IMG/VR virus record: IMGVR_UViG_3300036820_000015
Location: 13,652 to 77,651 of that record
Source of the DNA: a virus
DNA: 64,000 bases
Direction: 5' to 3' (one strand)
The notes below the pieces were generated by a model. That model was not told where the DNA came from. It did no database searches and worked only from the letters and a program-made list of their open reading frames with translations. Positions 44,505 to 56,836 of this stretch are shown here, piece by piece. Numbering within the stretch: position 1 is the first letter of the stretch; every line of letters starts with the position of its first letter. A program made the position numbers and the translations under genes.

Positions 44505-46660
44505 TCACCACTCCCCAGAGTGGGCCCAACGAGCGGTGGGAGCATGGCGCTTCTTCATGACCCGGTTGCCACACTCTTTGCACCATCCGAAGAGTTGATC
44601 CGACAACACTGACTCCTCGACCCGACCGGGATCTACTTTGGCCCAGTGGTCGAAGTCCAAATCGGATGCTTGCTCCCACGTCAAACGGATGGTCACGGCA
44701 CCACCAACGCGATCCGGTCGTCGTTGTAGTACTCGCCGTCCTCGTAGTAGTAGTCCTCGGCGGCGAAGGGGTCGGTGTCCCACCAGTCCCCCTCTTCGCG
44801 CGACTCGTACTCGATGGCGCTGAGGGGGTCGACGCCAGCGCGGAGCCGCGTCATGACTCCCCCCGCTCTTTGCGGCAAGGGGAGCATGAGCACCCACGCC
44901 CATCCGGGTCACCGTTGAGCACCCAGATGGCATGCCAAAGGCATTCGCCTGTCTTCCAGATCCGTCGAGCAATGCGCTCGACCTTGTAGTCACTCCAGCC
45001 CTGAACGCTGCACCTCACGAGCTTCTCAGTCTGCTCGAAGGGCACACCCTGCGACTCGGGTGACGGGTTCGCCTGGTTGGTGCTGCCGTTTCGTAGGCAG
45101 GCAGAGCGTCGATCAAGGTCATCGGCCAATACCTGATCCGACTTCTCGTCCCAACGAAACCGCGCCTCGAACAGCTTGGCTGCCTTACTTGCCTGATTGG
45201 CCTTGATCGAGGCCTCTCGCGTCGCGTCGCTCATAGTCACTTCTCTCTCCTTCGGCCGGGCCCATCCCGAACCTTCCCCCATGTAAGCACACAACCGCCC
45301 TCCTTTATTCCAGCATCTGCCCGAGTTCTGCCACCTCCCCCCACCCCCCGGTTGACCTGAATGCCACCCATGTGCTTTGATGGCCTCGCGTCCCGCCGAC
45401 GCACCCCAGGCGATACCGTGACCATCGCACGAGAGAGCCCGGCCACCCAGCCCCGAGGGGGGACAGGGGAGCCGGGCTCTTCTCGTTCCTATCGCCAGGT
45501 GCCCAGGAGACCCGGCCCCCTGGCCGCCTCAGCCGGGCAGGCCCCCACGGATGGGCACTGACCCTCTCCCGGGTGCCTGGGGCCACAGGGACCGGTCTCC
45601 TCTGAATCCGCTCGCTCGGGCCGAGAGGGACCCAGTCCACCCACTTGGTCTTGTGGCTCGGGCAGATATGGCCGATCTGGATGGCGCCGCGCGCGTCGAT
45701 CGTGGCCAGGCACTTCGGGCACTGCCAGGTGGTCATGGCAGGAGGCTCCTGAGGCCCTCGACCGGCGACCCGGCGACGTAGGTGTCATCGCTCGGGTCAT
45801 CGCTCGGGTGCCACTCGTCGCCGCACCGTCGGCAGACCCAGGAGTCGTCCCGCCAATCGAGGATGCCGTCACAGTTGTCGCAGTGTGGCTTCCTCTTGGT
45901 CATGGCACCTCCAATCCGTGCTCGTAGCAGACCCAGGCCAATGTATGGTCACCGCGGCCAATGTGGAAATCTTTCTGTAGCCCATTGGTGAACCCTTCTT
46001 CGTGGGTGATACACCGCCAGTAGCCTTCGTTCAACTCGCACTTGGTGGGCTTGACGGCATAGGTCTCGCCACTGATCACTGACACCTCTCCCACGCGCGC
46101 TTTGCGGACTCTTCCGTGTTCTGTCGCTTCCCACTGTTCTGTGTCAGGCATTCCCTCTCTCCGTTCCTTCGAGCCCAGCGTCTGCAGTCCAAACTTGAGC
46201 TTCTCGCACATCATCTCGGCACCGATCCGCGTACCCACCCAGAAGGTGATGGCCGAGCGGTCATCGTCCTCATCGCTGTGGTGCAGGGCCGGGTGACTCT
46301 TCAGATAGAGCCGCGCACCGTAGAACACGCGCTCGCTGCCGTCCAGCTGGATGATCGGCTTGGTCTCGACGATCTCCGTCTCGTTCGTAAGCTCCTCGTG
46401 GTAGATGTTCAGGCGCATCAGACAAACCTGCCCCATACCAGTTTTCCCTCACCGTCATGGATGTAAGCCGCCATATCAGTACCGTCCTCATCGGTGTCCT
46501 CGGTGAAAAGAGTGAGGTGATCGATGCAGACGTTGGGTCGCTCGGTGGTAAATACCTGCATCCTCTTGCCGTCTAACTCACCGTCGACGAAATCGTAGGT
46601 AATACACCATGGCCCCGTCTCTTCATCGAAACCTCTCTCTTTGCTTTGGAACTCTCTCAC
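44505..46660 (-). CDS. Cluster of small hypothetical early proteins (several zinc-ribbon-like)
   Basis: Tightly packed ORFs with stop-start overlaps. Confidence 0.5.
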
Positions 46661-47313
46661 TATGGCTTTCCTCCTCTTCCGATCCTCACTGCGATCACCT
46701 CTCGATCCATCTCTCCGCGTAGCACGCGCGCGAAGTCACTCAGCCCACTACTGATATCCCGCTGCCTCCTCCCACTGTTGTCGCGCAGTGCCGCCGCCGG
46801 ATGGTACAGCGGGAAACACCAGCGCCCTTTGCCTACTCCAGCTGGTATGGCGAAGGGCTTGCCCTGGATATCCGACACCTTGGCCTTCACCGTCTGCAGA
46901 CTCTTCAGCGCCGTGTTGCCCAAGGTGACGATCCACTCCGGGTCGGCCAAGGTAATCTGCGCTCGGAGGTTAGGCATGCAGGCCATGATCTGTGCATCCT
47001 CCGGCGGCCCTTGCGCCCGGCAACAGCAGACATTGGCGATGAACATCTCACTGAAGGTCGGCAGTCCGACGTCACGCATGAGACGCGCCAGCAGCTGGCC
47101 GCTGGGTCCGATGAACGGCTGCCCACGCGCGTTCTCCTCGTAGCCGGGAGCTTCACCGAGGAGCATGATGGTGGCCGGAGCGCGACCGCGAAATGGAACC
47201 GGGGCTTTGGCAGACGCGCGGAGACCACAGGCGGTACAGTCGATGATCTGGTTGCGGACGCGGTTACGCTCAGCGGCCTGGAGAGCGAGGTCGGTCAAGG
47301 CAGTGGACCCCAT
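46660..47313 (-). CDS. udg: Uracil-DNA glycosylase, family 4 (Fe-S type)
   Basis: CTACGL, GEAPG..E, PFIGPSG, NVCCCR, YHPAAALR. Confidence 0.93.
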   Translation of the reverse strand: MGSTALTDLALQAAERNRVRNQIIDCTACGLRASAKAPVPFRGRAPATIMLLGEAPGYEENARGQPFIGPSGQLLARLMRDVGLPTFSEMFIANVCCCRAQGPPEDAQIMACMPNLRAQITLADPEWIVTLGNTALKSLQTVKAKVSDIQGKPFAIPAGVGKGRWCFPLYHPAAALRDNSGRRQRDISSGLSDFARVLRGEMDREVIAVRIGRGGKP

Positions 47314-48245
47314 ACTGACCCTGGATCTTTCCGCTCCACTCCAGCAATCTCTGGATACGCTTCGTTGGCTCCCATCTTCAGGACAGATAGAGGCTTAGCG
47401 AAATAAGTCGCATTCCAGGCCTTAGTGATGTAAGCCTGCATGAGCGGGGGTTCGAGATGCCGTGTCCCTGAAGAGTTCACCATAGCGGTGGCTCTCAATG
47501 TGTGGGCTGGATCGCCCTTCGTTAGTCCGGTACCTTCAATCACTTGGTTAACGAATAGATCAGCCAGTCCACGATTAGCCCACGCCCCGAGGTAGAGAAC
47601 AGCAGCGAAGCGAGATTTCTGGAAGTAACGGAATGGGATGCGGCGAGCATCATTGACATAGATCCCGAGATCGGGATGCCGCCGATAGATGTCCTCTATC
47701 TCGGAGCCCACGACTTTCCCGTGACGGCCCATATCGTTCTCCCACCGGAACACCTCAGCTGCCGTAGCACTAAGCCGAGAAGGTGCAGCGAGAATGGGAG
47801 TGCCTGTTTCCGTAGCCTCCATCGCTAAGACATCAGCACCGTTCCGAGGTGCCACCTGGTCTAAGTACTTCCTATCATCTGGGTCTATCCCCCACGTCAC
47901 TGTCACAACAAAGCTGCGTTTGGTTGCCACGCAACTCTTTAGACGATGTTGACCGTCCCTCAGGATTCCGTCCCAGTCGTAGATAATAGGCTGACCAGTG
48001 AGTGCCCAGGTACTGAGGATCATTGCTCGTGCGTAGATGGCCACTATATTTGTTCTGACGTTACGATTGTGGATGTTGTATTCCTCAAGATGTTGAGCCG
48101 CCATCTCTGGGGTGATGGTGACTTCGGCATGCCATAGCTTCCCTGAAGATACGAACACCGCATCAGGGAACATGGCTTTGAGCTTTGCAGGATATGTAGG
48201 TGACACTTCTCTCTCCCTCTCTGTCTTAGGTGAAGCTGTGTCCAT
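47295..48245 (-). CDS. ParB/Srx-related DGQHR-domain protein
   Basis: NRNV...YARAM...LRDGQHRL; visibly lower GC than flanks. Confidence 0.7.
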   Translation of the reverse strand: MDTASPKTEREREVSPTYPAKLKAMFPDAVFVSSGKLWHAEVTITPEMAAQHLEEYNIHNRNVRTNIVAIYARAMILSTWALTGQPIIYDWDGILRDGQHRLKSCVATKRSFVVTVTWGIDPDDRKYLDQVAPRNGADVLAMEATETGTPILAAPSRLSATAAEVFRWENDMGRHGKVVGSEIEDIYRRHPDLGIYVNDARRIPFRYFQKSRFAAVLYLGAWANRGLADLFVNQVIEGTGLTKGDPAHTLRATAMVNSSGTRHLEPPLMQAYITKAWNATYFAKPLSVLKMGANEAYPEIAGVERKDPGSVWGPLP

Positions 48246-49556
48246 CCGGTTCCGGTGTCTTCACCGGACTACCCCTCCGCGCGAACTCCTCATCACTGAC
48301 CTCACACAACTCCGTCAGCGCTGACTGCATGCTCCGCCCGCACTTCCGACAGCCAGGGCCCTCCATGGCCACGCCCTCACGCACCAGCAGCACGTTGACC
48401 ATCGGCTTGCCCTCGTCGTCCTTCTCTACCTCACCCTCGCCGTCCTCCCCCTTTACCCTCTCTCCCGCTTCATCCAGCACCCAACGGAAGTCAATGACAC
48501 ACGGAATGTTCTGGACCATGATCCACTGGTGCCGGTACTGATCCTTCTGGCGGAACTTGGCCAGGTCGACGGCACCGTACAGCGGGACCACCGGTTGATC
48601 GGGTACCGGGAAGCCGACACCGATCGGGATGACGTTACTCTCTTCGTCCATGTCCATCAGTCTGCGGTCCAATCTGTTCCCTTGAGGCTCTCGGCACAGT
48701 CGAGACACACCCACTCACCGTTACGTCGGAACACCCAGTCCCCCTCGTCGATCGCTCCATCGCATCGCTTACAGTCACTCTCGAAACCTGACTGAGTGCG
48801 TGGTCCCTGTGGCAGATCGTGCTGGTTCTTGGCGAGCGGGCTACCCCAGCCGACGCCAGCTGGCTTGGCCTTTTGGGTGTTGCAGATAGCGCAGAACCCT
48901 TTGGTCATCTCGTGTATGCAGAGATCGGCTACCTCACCCATCATCCATCACCAGTCCTCCAGCCTCTTCGGCCGTCTCGCTGACCAGCGGACCGTAGGAC
49001 GGTGGCTGCAGCGGAACGTGGCCGATGATGGTGATGACGCGTACGCCGGTGTCCACGAACCGTTTGGCATTCGGCATCCGGTTGTGGGGATTGCCCGTGT
49101 GGCCTTTGATGTCGATGTAGACGTTCCGGTCGAAGCGGGCCGGGGCGTCCAGGGTGATGTTGGCTACCTTGAAGTCCGGGGCGTTGACGATTTCGAGGAC
49201 GGCGTCGAGGGCGGCGCGCTCTTCTTCGGGGGTGAGGATCATCCACCAAACTCCTTTGTCTCACTCATGAAAAGAACCCCTTTACCCTTGGGGCTGAAGT
49301 CAGCCTTGTAAGGAGGAATGGGTGGGCACTCCTCTTCACTATTAACCCCATCATGATGCCGAGCGTTAAGGTAATCGTTCAAGTCGATTCCACACACGAG
49401 GGAATGGTCTGATAACTGAGCACAGTAAGCGGCAGCGCAGAGAAGACCACAGAACTCTTCGGTCATGTCGATCTCGTCGGCAGCAACGACCCAATGGATA
49501 ACGAGTCCACGATCGGCTACATCGAGAGGAGCATGGCAGTGAGCGCATTGGTTCAC
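48226..49556 (-). CDS. Four small hypothetical proteins
   Basis: Coupled ORFs, several with CxxC motifs. Confidence 0.5.
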
Positions 49557-50419
49557 AGTCCGACCTCGTGACGCATTTGATCCCAGCCGGTGAAGTTCCC
49601 TTTGTGCCCAAGGTGCTTCACTGCACCGTTTGGCCAATGGTCGCACGGTGTGGCCACATGCTCCAACGGACTGGCATGGGCCGGAACCGCGCTAGTCAGC
49701 CGGTCGTACAACTCCAAATCCTTCTCGATGTCGCGTACGCCGTCATGAGTCAGGTAACTCACGCGCGCGCACCGAGCGGCCGACACTTGCTTCAACTCCT
49801 CCCAGTCGACATTCTCCCCATGGCGCATTGCTGAGTCCCTATAGTCCATAGGTTGAATAAACGGTAGGTGCCATAATGTCGGTTCGAGCAACTTAGGCTC
49901 TGACTGCTCGTAGGCATCCCGCATTGCCTCCGCCGCAGCGCGGATCTCCGGTTGCGCCATCGGGTTACACCGAAGGGCAAAGAAGTTCGAGAAATCTGTG
50001 GCGGATACGATGACTGTGTGCCACATGAACGGCTCCAGCAGCCGATTGGTCACTGACTTGTGGACTCCGAGCCTCGACAGCTTCTCGGCGTAGTCAGTGG
50101 CAGCATCCCGCGCCTCGATCCACACCGCTTTCGGGCCGCTCCAGTATGTGCCATCAGGACCCTGTAGCGGAATCTCATCACCGCCCTGCATCCCTGGTTG
50201 CTCAGTGGGCCACGACAACGGGATTGCCGGATCTGATCGGACACGTTCCAGTTGTTTCTTCACCGGTATAGCCCGGCTGCTCGCACTGTTCCGCGAGAAT
50301 ATCCGATGCGTGTTGAACTCAGCCAACACGAACCGGTGAAGCGTGACCTCCATCGTGGTCAGCCGATGTCCCGCCGGACTCACCGAATCCAATATCACCT
50401 TCGCACTGGGCTCAGTCAT
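49553..50419 (-). CDS. thyX: FAD-dependent thymidylate synthase (phage Thy1/ThyX type)
   Basis: AEFNTHRIFSRNSASSRAIP, HKSVTNRLLEPF, ARCARVSY, HASPLEH. Confidence 0.9.
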   Translation of the reverse strand: MTEPSAKVILDSVSPAGHRLTTMEVTLHRFVLAEFNTHRIFSRNSASSRAIPVKKQLERVRSDPAIPLSWPTEQPGMQGGDEIPLQGPDGTYWSGPKAVWIEARDAATDYAEKLSRLGVHKSVTNRLLEPFMWHTVIVSATDFSNFFALRCNPMAQPEIRAAAEAMRDAYEQSEPKLLEPTLWHLPFIQPMDYRDSAMRHGENVDWEELKQVSAARCARVSYLTHDGVRDIEKDLELYDRLTSAVPAHASPLEHVATPCDHWPNGAVKHLGHKGNFTGWDQMRHEVGL

Positions 50420-51376
50420 TGTTCATTGCTCCAATCACTTGCCAGACTTGCTGCCACTCGGTCGGCTTATACACGGCAATCTTTTTCCCCTTTCGGTTGA
50501 GGACGATGAGCCACCCCTTCTTGGCGAACTTCCAGCTGTAGCCGTTCAGGTGTTCACGAAGATTCGTGGTTCCCCCGAACATCGATCCACGATTTGGCTC
50601 GGTGCATTTGACCATCACACTGACACGCTCAGTCATCCTCCTCGTCCCTTCCGGCATCTCCCGCTGACTGCCAGGCTGCCTGCAACACGCGCCTCTTAGC
50701 TGTCATCCTCCGCGCGCGCGGCTTGGGCGTCTCCGGTGCAGCGGAAACACTCGCTGGGGCACTGTCCTCTCCGGCAGGAGGCTTTGGCGCTGCTGCCTTT
50801 CGCGTACCGCGTACGCGCGTTGGAGCCACCGGAGCAGGCTTCCGCTGCGCCAGAGTCGACCAGTCCATGGCCAACAGCGCCGGACCACAGACCTCACACA
50901 GCTCTGGTCGACTAGGACTAGTCATGGGCCTGTCTTCGGCAGTGATGGTGAGCGTCCTGATATCACCGGGCTGCATGCAGCTGTCACAGACCTGCATTGA
51001 GCACCTCCACCGTCTCCTTGCAGTCCTCACACACGAGGCGATGGACGTGAGGTGGTTGCGGGACGGCTACACCGTAGCGAACAATGTGATTACCCTTTAC
51101 CTTGCTTTGGCACGGCTCCAAAGCGTTCTTATCCAAAATCCCTCCATTGACCGAGCAGCGTCCACCCTCTTTGGTAATGATTCCCTCCTCTGCCAAGGCC
51201 TTCAACAGCCGCAGTGGATCTTTCTTAATCTCGGCCACCAACTGGTGACAGTCGAAGCCAGTATATTGCCTCCCGTGCGCGTTCCACATCCGGTGGATCA
51301 CGTCCAGGACCGACTCGATCACCGGCTGGCCTACATCCTTGTCTGCATCCTGACTATTCATCTCTCCCTCTCCCAC
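50412..51376 (-). CDS. Three small hypothetical proteins
   Basis: Coupled ORFs. Confidence 0.5.
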
Positions 51377-51428
51377 TCTCTCCGTCTCCTTTGTTTCGCG
51401 TAGACGCGCGTAGCGCTACGGCCATATC

Positions 51429-52103
51429 TCATAGAGCACCACCAAAACTCCTCACGATCATCTCCGCGCGTCTCTTGCCAATACGCGGCACCTCCATGAG
51501 TTGTGCGACGGTAGCAGTGAACTCGATGGGTAGCTTGCCGTCAAAGTGATCGAAGATGGCTTCCGCTTGGGCCGGGCCTATACCTTCGATGGACTGCAGT
51601 AGGTGCGAGGCCCAGGCTTTGTTGGTGAGCACGCCCCAGGAGTCGAGGTTGGAGGGTTTCGGTCGACGGTCCAGTGAGCGGTGTTCGCCCTTGGCCACCC
51701 AGCGGGCGATGGACTCGATGAGGGCGACGGTGTCAGCCGTGGAGGAAGAGTGCTCGACGATGATGCCGCGGAGTTGGACACTGCGGAGTTGGCTGCGGTA
51801 CTGGGTGCGCGTGAAGCGGATGAAGCGGTGCGAGAGTTGGCCGTCCGGTGTGAAGTGGGGCTCGCCCTCGACAATGAGAATGGCCAGTTTGCAGTGCAGG
51901 AGTTTCTGGAGTTCGCGGGCCAGAACGCCGGATTGGATGGACTTGAGTAGATCGTCGATCTCTTTGCGCTGGATGCCCACGAAGCCGCCCATGGTGGCGT
52001 CGGTCCAGAAGACGTCGGCGCCGTGCTTCTCCGGGACGGAAGAGACGATGCCGAGGGACTTGATGAGAGCGGGTTCGGTGGGCGACACGAGAAAGTTCGT
52101 CAC
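51429..52103 (-). CDS. ERCC4 (XPF/Mus81-like) nuclease with tandem HhH
   Basis: GADV...IQRKEIDDL..SI..G.L..EL..L...LIVEG; IEGIGP and VPRIGK HhH motifs. Confidence 0.85.
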   Translation of the reverse strand: MTNFLVSPTEPALIKSLGIVSSVPEKHGADVFWTDATMGGFVGIQRKEIDDLLKSIQSGVLARELQKLLHCKLAILIVEGEPHFTPDGQLSHRFIRFTRTQYRSQLRSVQLRGIIVEHSSSTADTVALIESIARWVAKGEHRSLDRRPKPSNLDSWGVLTNKAWASHLLQSIEGIGPAQAEAIFDHFDGKLPIEFTATVAQLMEVPRIGKRRAEMIVRSFGGAL

Positions 52104-54445
52104 CGTTCGACTCGGCGGAAGCCATCTTCGGTCACGTCGATGGGCGGCCAAGTTATCGTGCTGATTCTTCGGCCGACAGCGTTCGACATGAAGGCTTCTA
52201 TCTCCTTGGTCGGCTCTGCTATGTCGACTTCATCGGCTAGCAACACGGTCAGGGAAATGGTGACCTGCCGGTAGCCCTTGTCGTTGTCGATACGGAACGC
52301 TGTGTCGGTGAGGATGCCCGACCAGAGGATGCGACGTAGCGCACTGAGAAAGGGGATCACGCTGGCGGCCAGGTTGTTTCGGGCAGTGCCGGGCGCGGAC
52401 AGTGCTTATCGCAGACGTGTCGCGCTGCCTCCACCACCAACTCGGCTACGTCCTCCTCGCAGACAATCTCCATGTACCGATGGATGAAGCGGTGCGGCAA
52501 CACCTCTTGCTCGTCCTGGTCGCGCATGAAGTCCGAGCTCTGCCGCGAGGTCAACAGGCACTGGTAGTGCTCATGGTCACCGGGGGCGTCGCTGGGGGAC
52601 TTGAAGTGGGCACAGAGGACCACCCAGTCGCCCGAGGCGATAGCGGTGACGGCATCGACCTGGATGACTTTGATGCCGGGCCCGGTCTCCCAAGGGGTAA
52701 TGGGGTCGGGGCTGACGTGGGTGTGCCAGAGAGCTTTGTAGGTGACGTTGGCGATCTCTATGTCGGTATGAAGCTCCATCAGCACGCCGGGTCCTTGATG
52801 GCCAGAAGATCAGCCAGGTCCGGCACCATCTCGGGCCGGAAGCGGAAGGTGACCGAGACCTCTTTGGTTTTCTCGTTGGAGCCGTAGCCCGAGGAGTGGA
52901 CGACCACCGATGGGTGCCCGGCTTTGACGAGAGTGCTCGGGAAGCCGAGGTTGGTGATGATCCGGGCCTTCACCACATCGCGTTCGGAGTCCATGGCGGC
53001 CTGCATCTCCTGGTGCCGCCGCTGGTCCTCTAACTCCAACGTCCGCTGGGCCTGGTAGGTCACATCATCGAGCAGCAGCTGGCCCGACAGCATGGTCTCG
53101 GGTATCCAGCGATTGCCCCAGTGCTCGGACTTCATGACGACGATGATGTTGGTGAGCCGGGGGGGATACTGCCGGGCCGGGTAACTGGGCTTCGGGCGCC
53201 GCTTGTTATGAAGCCGCTTGAGTTCCTTGTTGGCGTCCTCGACCGTCATCACGCATGGGCCGCACTCACCGTGGAACCGGACGTACTGACCCTTGGCCAG
53301 AACATAGACCGGCTGCAGGACGCTGAGTCCACCGCGTCGTCGCCAGTTGGTGCTGCCGGTCCAGTAAGTAGCCTCGGCTGGATCGGTGACATCAGTGATG
53401 GTCTTGATGGCGTCGTACTTCATCGCTCATCCTCACTAAAGCTCGGGGACATCACACAAGACCGAATGGTCATTGCGTGAGTGGGCGCCAGGATGTCCTG
53501 AACGGCCCAGTGTTGACGATCTCGGATCGCGTGTTCTGCCGTCTCGTAGGTGTACTCCAAGATCCGCAATACGCGCACGGTCATCGCTTGATCCCCACCG
53601 TCTTGAAGATCCGTCGCATAGCGCTGTTAGCGAAACGCGTAGGACGCGGATCTTGTTTGAGCTTGTCCTTCAGCCGGTCAGTGTCGTCAGAACAAGTGCC
53701 CATTACAGTGTTGGGTTGAAGGAGACAGCGAGTCCATCCCGTAGTTTCGAGAGGGCTGATGGCACGATGTAGTTCGTCTTGTTGAGTTGCTTAAAGAGGT
53801 CAGTCGCTTCATCCCAGGTAAGTTCGACCAAGATGTCAGGACGAGGACATGGTTGCTGGCTAACCCTCATATCCCGGCCTTGTCGAGGCGGTCCCATTCC
53901 GCCGCCAGCAACGCTCCCGCTTTCCGCAGATTCGTCCGCGCCACCTGTGTCGGCCGCCATGTCTCAGCCTGGAAGGGCCAACTACTGGGCACCTTCTCCA
54001 CTAGACTCAGAGGGAAACCGGCCACCAGTTGCTTGGCGGCAGTGGCGTAACACAATGCGGCCGACACCAACTCGCCCTTGTCGTGTGCAGCATCGTGCTT
54101 GTCGTCGTACATGTGATTGAGCACCTGGTTCTGGCGCTCCCGGCGAAAGTGGTCAATGGCGTCCATCAGCGCTCCTTAGCGATCCTTGGCGAGTTCGGCA
54201 TACGGGCTACTCAGACAGCGAGAGCATATCGGAAACTTGAGATGTGTAGGCCCACTGGTCCTCAGATCACCGCCGGAGTACAGGAGGCACCAGGTTCTCG
54301 GGAATCCTGAGCCTAAGCCCATGATGATGTGGCGGACGGCTCCCCATTTCCCGATCACCATGAGCGTGACGTCGAGAGGGAGATCGGCGTTGGTCAGCTG
54401 GCCGTAGGCGATGGGGTCAACCAGGGCGAAGACCGAGCTATCCAC
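52100..54445 (-). CDS. Cluster of hypothetical proteins (includes unlisted 53420-53584 and 53581-53703 small ORFs)
   Basis: ATGA-coupled ORFs; 53867-54166 resembles a widespread phage family (ER..Q...HD...GEL..AA.CY...WP). Confidence 0.55.
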
Positions 54446-54454
54446 GCCAATACC

Positions 54455-55294
54455 TCACGCCAGCATCCATCCTGCTATGTCCACCAGATACTGCTTGGCG
54501 AAGTTAGGCATCATCTGCCCGTCAGTCCCCACCACCATCCCTTCCATCTTCTTCCTACTCCGGTCCTTGATCGTCACCAGGTCGTAGTTGTCCCCGATAG
54601 CCCCCTGCCACAGCACTGTTTGGAAACTGTGCGAGATACTCTTCTGACCAGCGGGCTTCACCCCGAACTTTCCGTACAGTGCTTTGTCCTCGCGCGAAGC
54701 CTTCTCACTGTTGAGCACATCGATCCCGGCCGTGCAGTACAAGTTTCCCGGCCCGTAGAGCAGCTTGTCCTTCAGGCCGCCCCACATCGAGTTGATGGTG
54801 GGCCAGTCCTTGAAGCCCTCGAAGCCCCCACGCTTCAGCTTGTTGTCGGCAGCGCCCTTGGCTGTGGTCATCTCCTTGCGTAGATCCAGCAGGTACTGGT
54901 CGAGATCCTTGCCGAAGATGACCTGAGTGAAGTGATCCTGTACCCATTGCCAGCACGGTGTGAGCAGGTCGACTATCAACCAGTCCTGGGGCCGCATCCT
55001 CTGCTGGTAGACATCCACCGCTTCGTTCAGCTGCACCCAGTTCCGCACCTGCGTCGACTCGATGTTCTTCGGCACTCCGGCAGTGTCCACGAGAAAGGGC
55101 CGGAGCAAAGGGTCAGCCAGCATCCTCTTCAGTGACTTGTCGGTGTCGACTGAGAAGAACATGGCATCCGACTTGGTCTGGGCGGCCAGGCGGGCCACGG
55201 TGAGAATGTTGAAGGTCTTGCCGATGCCAGCAGGACCGAACACCATGATTCGTTCGCCGTCGTCATCGAGGAAAGGGGGAGCGTGGAGAGACAT
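54455..55294 (-). CDS. AAA/RecA-fold ATPase (Sak4-like annealase candidate)
   Basis: Walker A GPAGIGKT, Walker B LIVD, C-terminal IKDR. Confidence 0.8.
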   Translation of the reverse strand: MSLHAPPFLDDDGERIMVFGPAGIGKTFNILTVARLAAQTKSDAMFFSVDTDKSLKRMLADPLLRPFLVDTAGVPKNIESTQVRNWVQLNEAVDVYQQRMRPQDWLIVDLLTPCWQWVQDHFTQVIFGKDLDQYLLDLRKEMTTAKGAADNKLKRGGFEGFKDWPTINSMWGGLKDKLLYGPGNLYCTAGIDVLNSEKASREDKALYGKFGVKPAGQKSISHSFQTVLWQGAIGDNYDLVTIKDRSRKKMEGMVVGTDGQMMPNFAKQYLVDIAGWMLA

Positions 55295-55454
55295 CAGTCG
55301 GCATCGCTGGCTTCAACCACAGCCACTAGTGTGTGCTGGCCGTCCTTGTTCGTCTCGACAGCAGCACCGATGACCTTCTCGCTCTCGGTGAGGTGGATAA
55401 CCAGATCCCCTCGATTGCTCTTGGCCTCGCTCTTCTTGATGTGTAGGTAGTGGC

Positions 55455-56513
55455 TCATTTCGCTCTACTCACTCTCGGGGTCAGCTTGCTACTGGTAGCA
55501 ATGTCGGTGTACTTCTCTTTGCACTTCTCTTCGGTCATCCCGAGATCACGGGCCAGCCGATCCCAGTGCGTCATCGAGTAAGTGGCGTGGTACAACTCCA
55601 GCTTGAGTCCCACCCCCGGCGCCACGCCCTCTTCCTTGCCGAACAGCGTGGCGATCTTCGTGGCTGCTTCCGTCTTGTCCTTGTTGGCTTGGCTCTCACG
55701 CTGCTGGGCGTCGGCATACTCCTCGGCTAACTCGGTCACCTGATCGACGTCGGCCACGATCTTGCCCTTCACCTTCTTGGCCTCGGTCACCGGATGCTCG
55801 CGGAAGTACGGGCACGGATACATCTTGGTGCAGTCGACCTCGAACGGCTTCTTGCTCTTCCCGGCCACCATCTTCATGGCCGCCACCTTCAGTTGGGCCA
55901 GTGGCACCAGCCGATCAGCAGGCCAGAAGTCGACGATCATCTCACCATCGACCTTGTCGTAGATGGCCATCACCACACCGGAGTACCCAGGCACCTGGCA
56001 GTAAAACGACTGTTGCCAGTAGTACCCCGGGAAACTCTTGAGCCCCTTCTCGCGATACTGCTTCATCCCGCTCGGGGCCAACGCCTTGGCATCGATCACC
56101 AGAATGTCGTAGCCCGGTGATGGCTGGCCCTCAAGCTCCTCGACCGATTGCCCGCACACATGGGTAATGTCGATCCCATCCTCGGTCGTGAGCCCATCGA
56201 CGTGCCCGCGTATGATGTCGCCACCGGGCAGATCCATCTCTACTGTCGACTGCTGCCCATAGACCTTGAAGCCGTACTTCTCTCTCAGCTGCTCCAGGAT
56301 GATGGGCTCCATGGTCTTGCCCATATCGAATCGCTTCTGGAGTGCTGGTGGTGGAGGACTCGGGGTGACTCCCCGTCGCGCCAAGAGGAGAGCGTTAGGG
56401 CAAGCGGTGAAGGCGGCAGAGGCCCGGTAAACGAAGCGAGGACCATTGGGACCGACTTCCTCATAGACGATAGCGGCGTCTGGGTCGTGGGTGATCTCCT
56501 CGGTGATCGTCAT
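55455..56513 (-). CDS. PD-(D/E)xK exonuclease (Cas4/RecB-like)
   Basis: RAS...ACP, G..ME, GHVDG, IDAK, WQQSFY, C..YPCPY. Confidence 0.82.
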   Translation of the reverse strand: MTITEEITHDPDAAIVYEEVGPNGPRFVYRASAAFTACPNALLLARRGVTPSPPPPALQKRFDMGKTMEPIILEQLREKYGFKVYGQQSTVEMDLPGGDIIRGHVDGLTTEDGIDITHVCGQSVEELEGQPSPGYDILVIDAKALAPSGMKQYREKGLKSFPGYYWQQSFYCQVPGYSGVVMAIYDKVDGEMIVDFWPADRLVPLAQLKVAAMKMVAGKSKKPFEVDCTKMYPCPYFREHPVTEAKKVKGKIVADVDQVTELAEEYADAQQRESQANKDKTEAATKIATLFGKEEGVAPGVGLKLELYHATYSMTHWDRLARDLGMTEEKCKEKYTDIATSSKLTPRVSRAK

Positions 56514-56836
56514 GATGTTGCCGGATAGTGCGTCACTATCTCACCGCTCGGTACCCCCGGGTCCGGCAACGGCCCATGCTTCCTGACCGTCGACTCTACG
56601 AATCCCTGCATGGTCTTGAGCGCTTTGGCTAGTGCCTGCCGTCCGGCCGGAGTCTCCAGCCCTAGGACCTTGGCCCGGTGAATGTAAGAGTTCACCCAAT
56701 CGGTGTATTCGTCCTCATCCTTGATGGCATCCTCCATCTCATCGGTCCACTTAGTCCGGGCGTACACCTCCTCACCTTCGAGCCAGTCGAGGACGTGTTG
56801 ATGGACCATGAGGCTGCTAGCAATGGCGTCACTCAT
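56510..56836 (-). CDS. Hypothetical protein
   Basis: Coupled ORF. Confidence 0.55.
   Translation of the reverse strand: MSDAIASSLMVHQHVLDWLEGEEVYARTKWTDEMEDAIKDEDEYTDWVNSYIHRAKVLGLETPAGRQALAKALKTMQGFVESTVRKHGPLPDPGVPSGEIVTHYPATS

Noticed and set aside
45784-45808. 12-nt tandem repeat GTCATCGCTCGG
   Set aside because: Simple coding micro-duplication in a small ORF.
45900-46436. 178-aa ORF as a single novel fusion
   Set aside because: An internal purine-rich RBS before MPDTEQ suggests two small genes in frame; too little evidence to interpret.
55455-56513. Cas4-like gene as part of a CRISPR-Cas system
   Set aside because: No cas1/cas2 or array; stand-alone Cas4/RecB-like nucleases are common in phage recombination modules.
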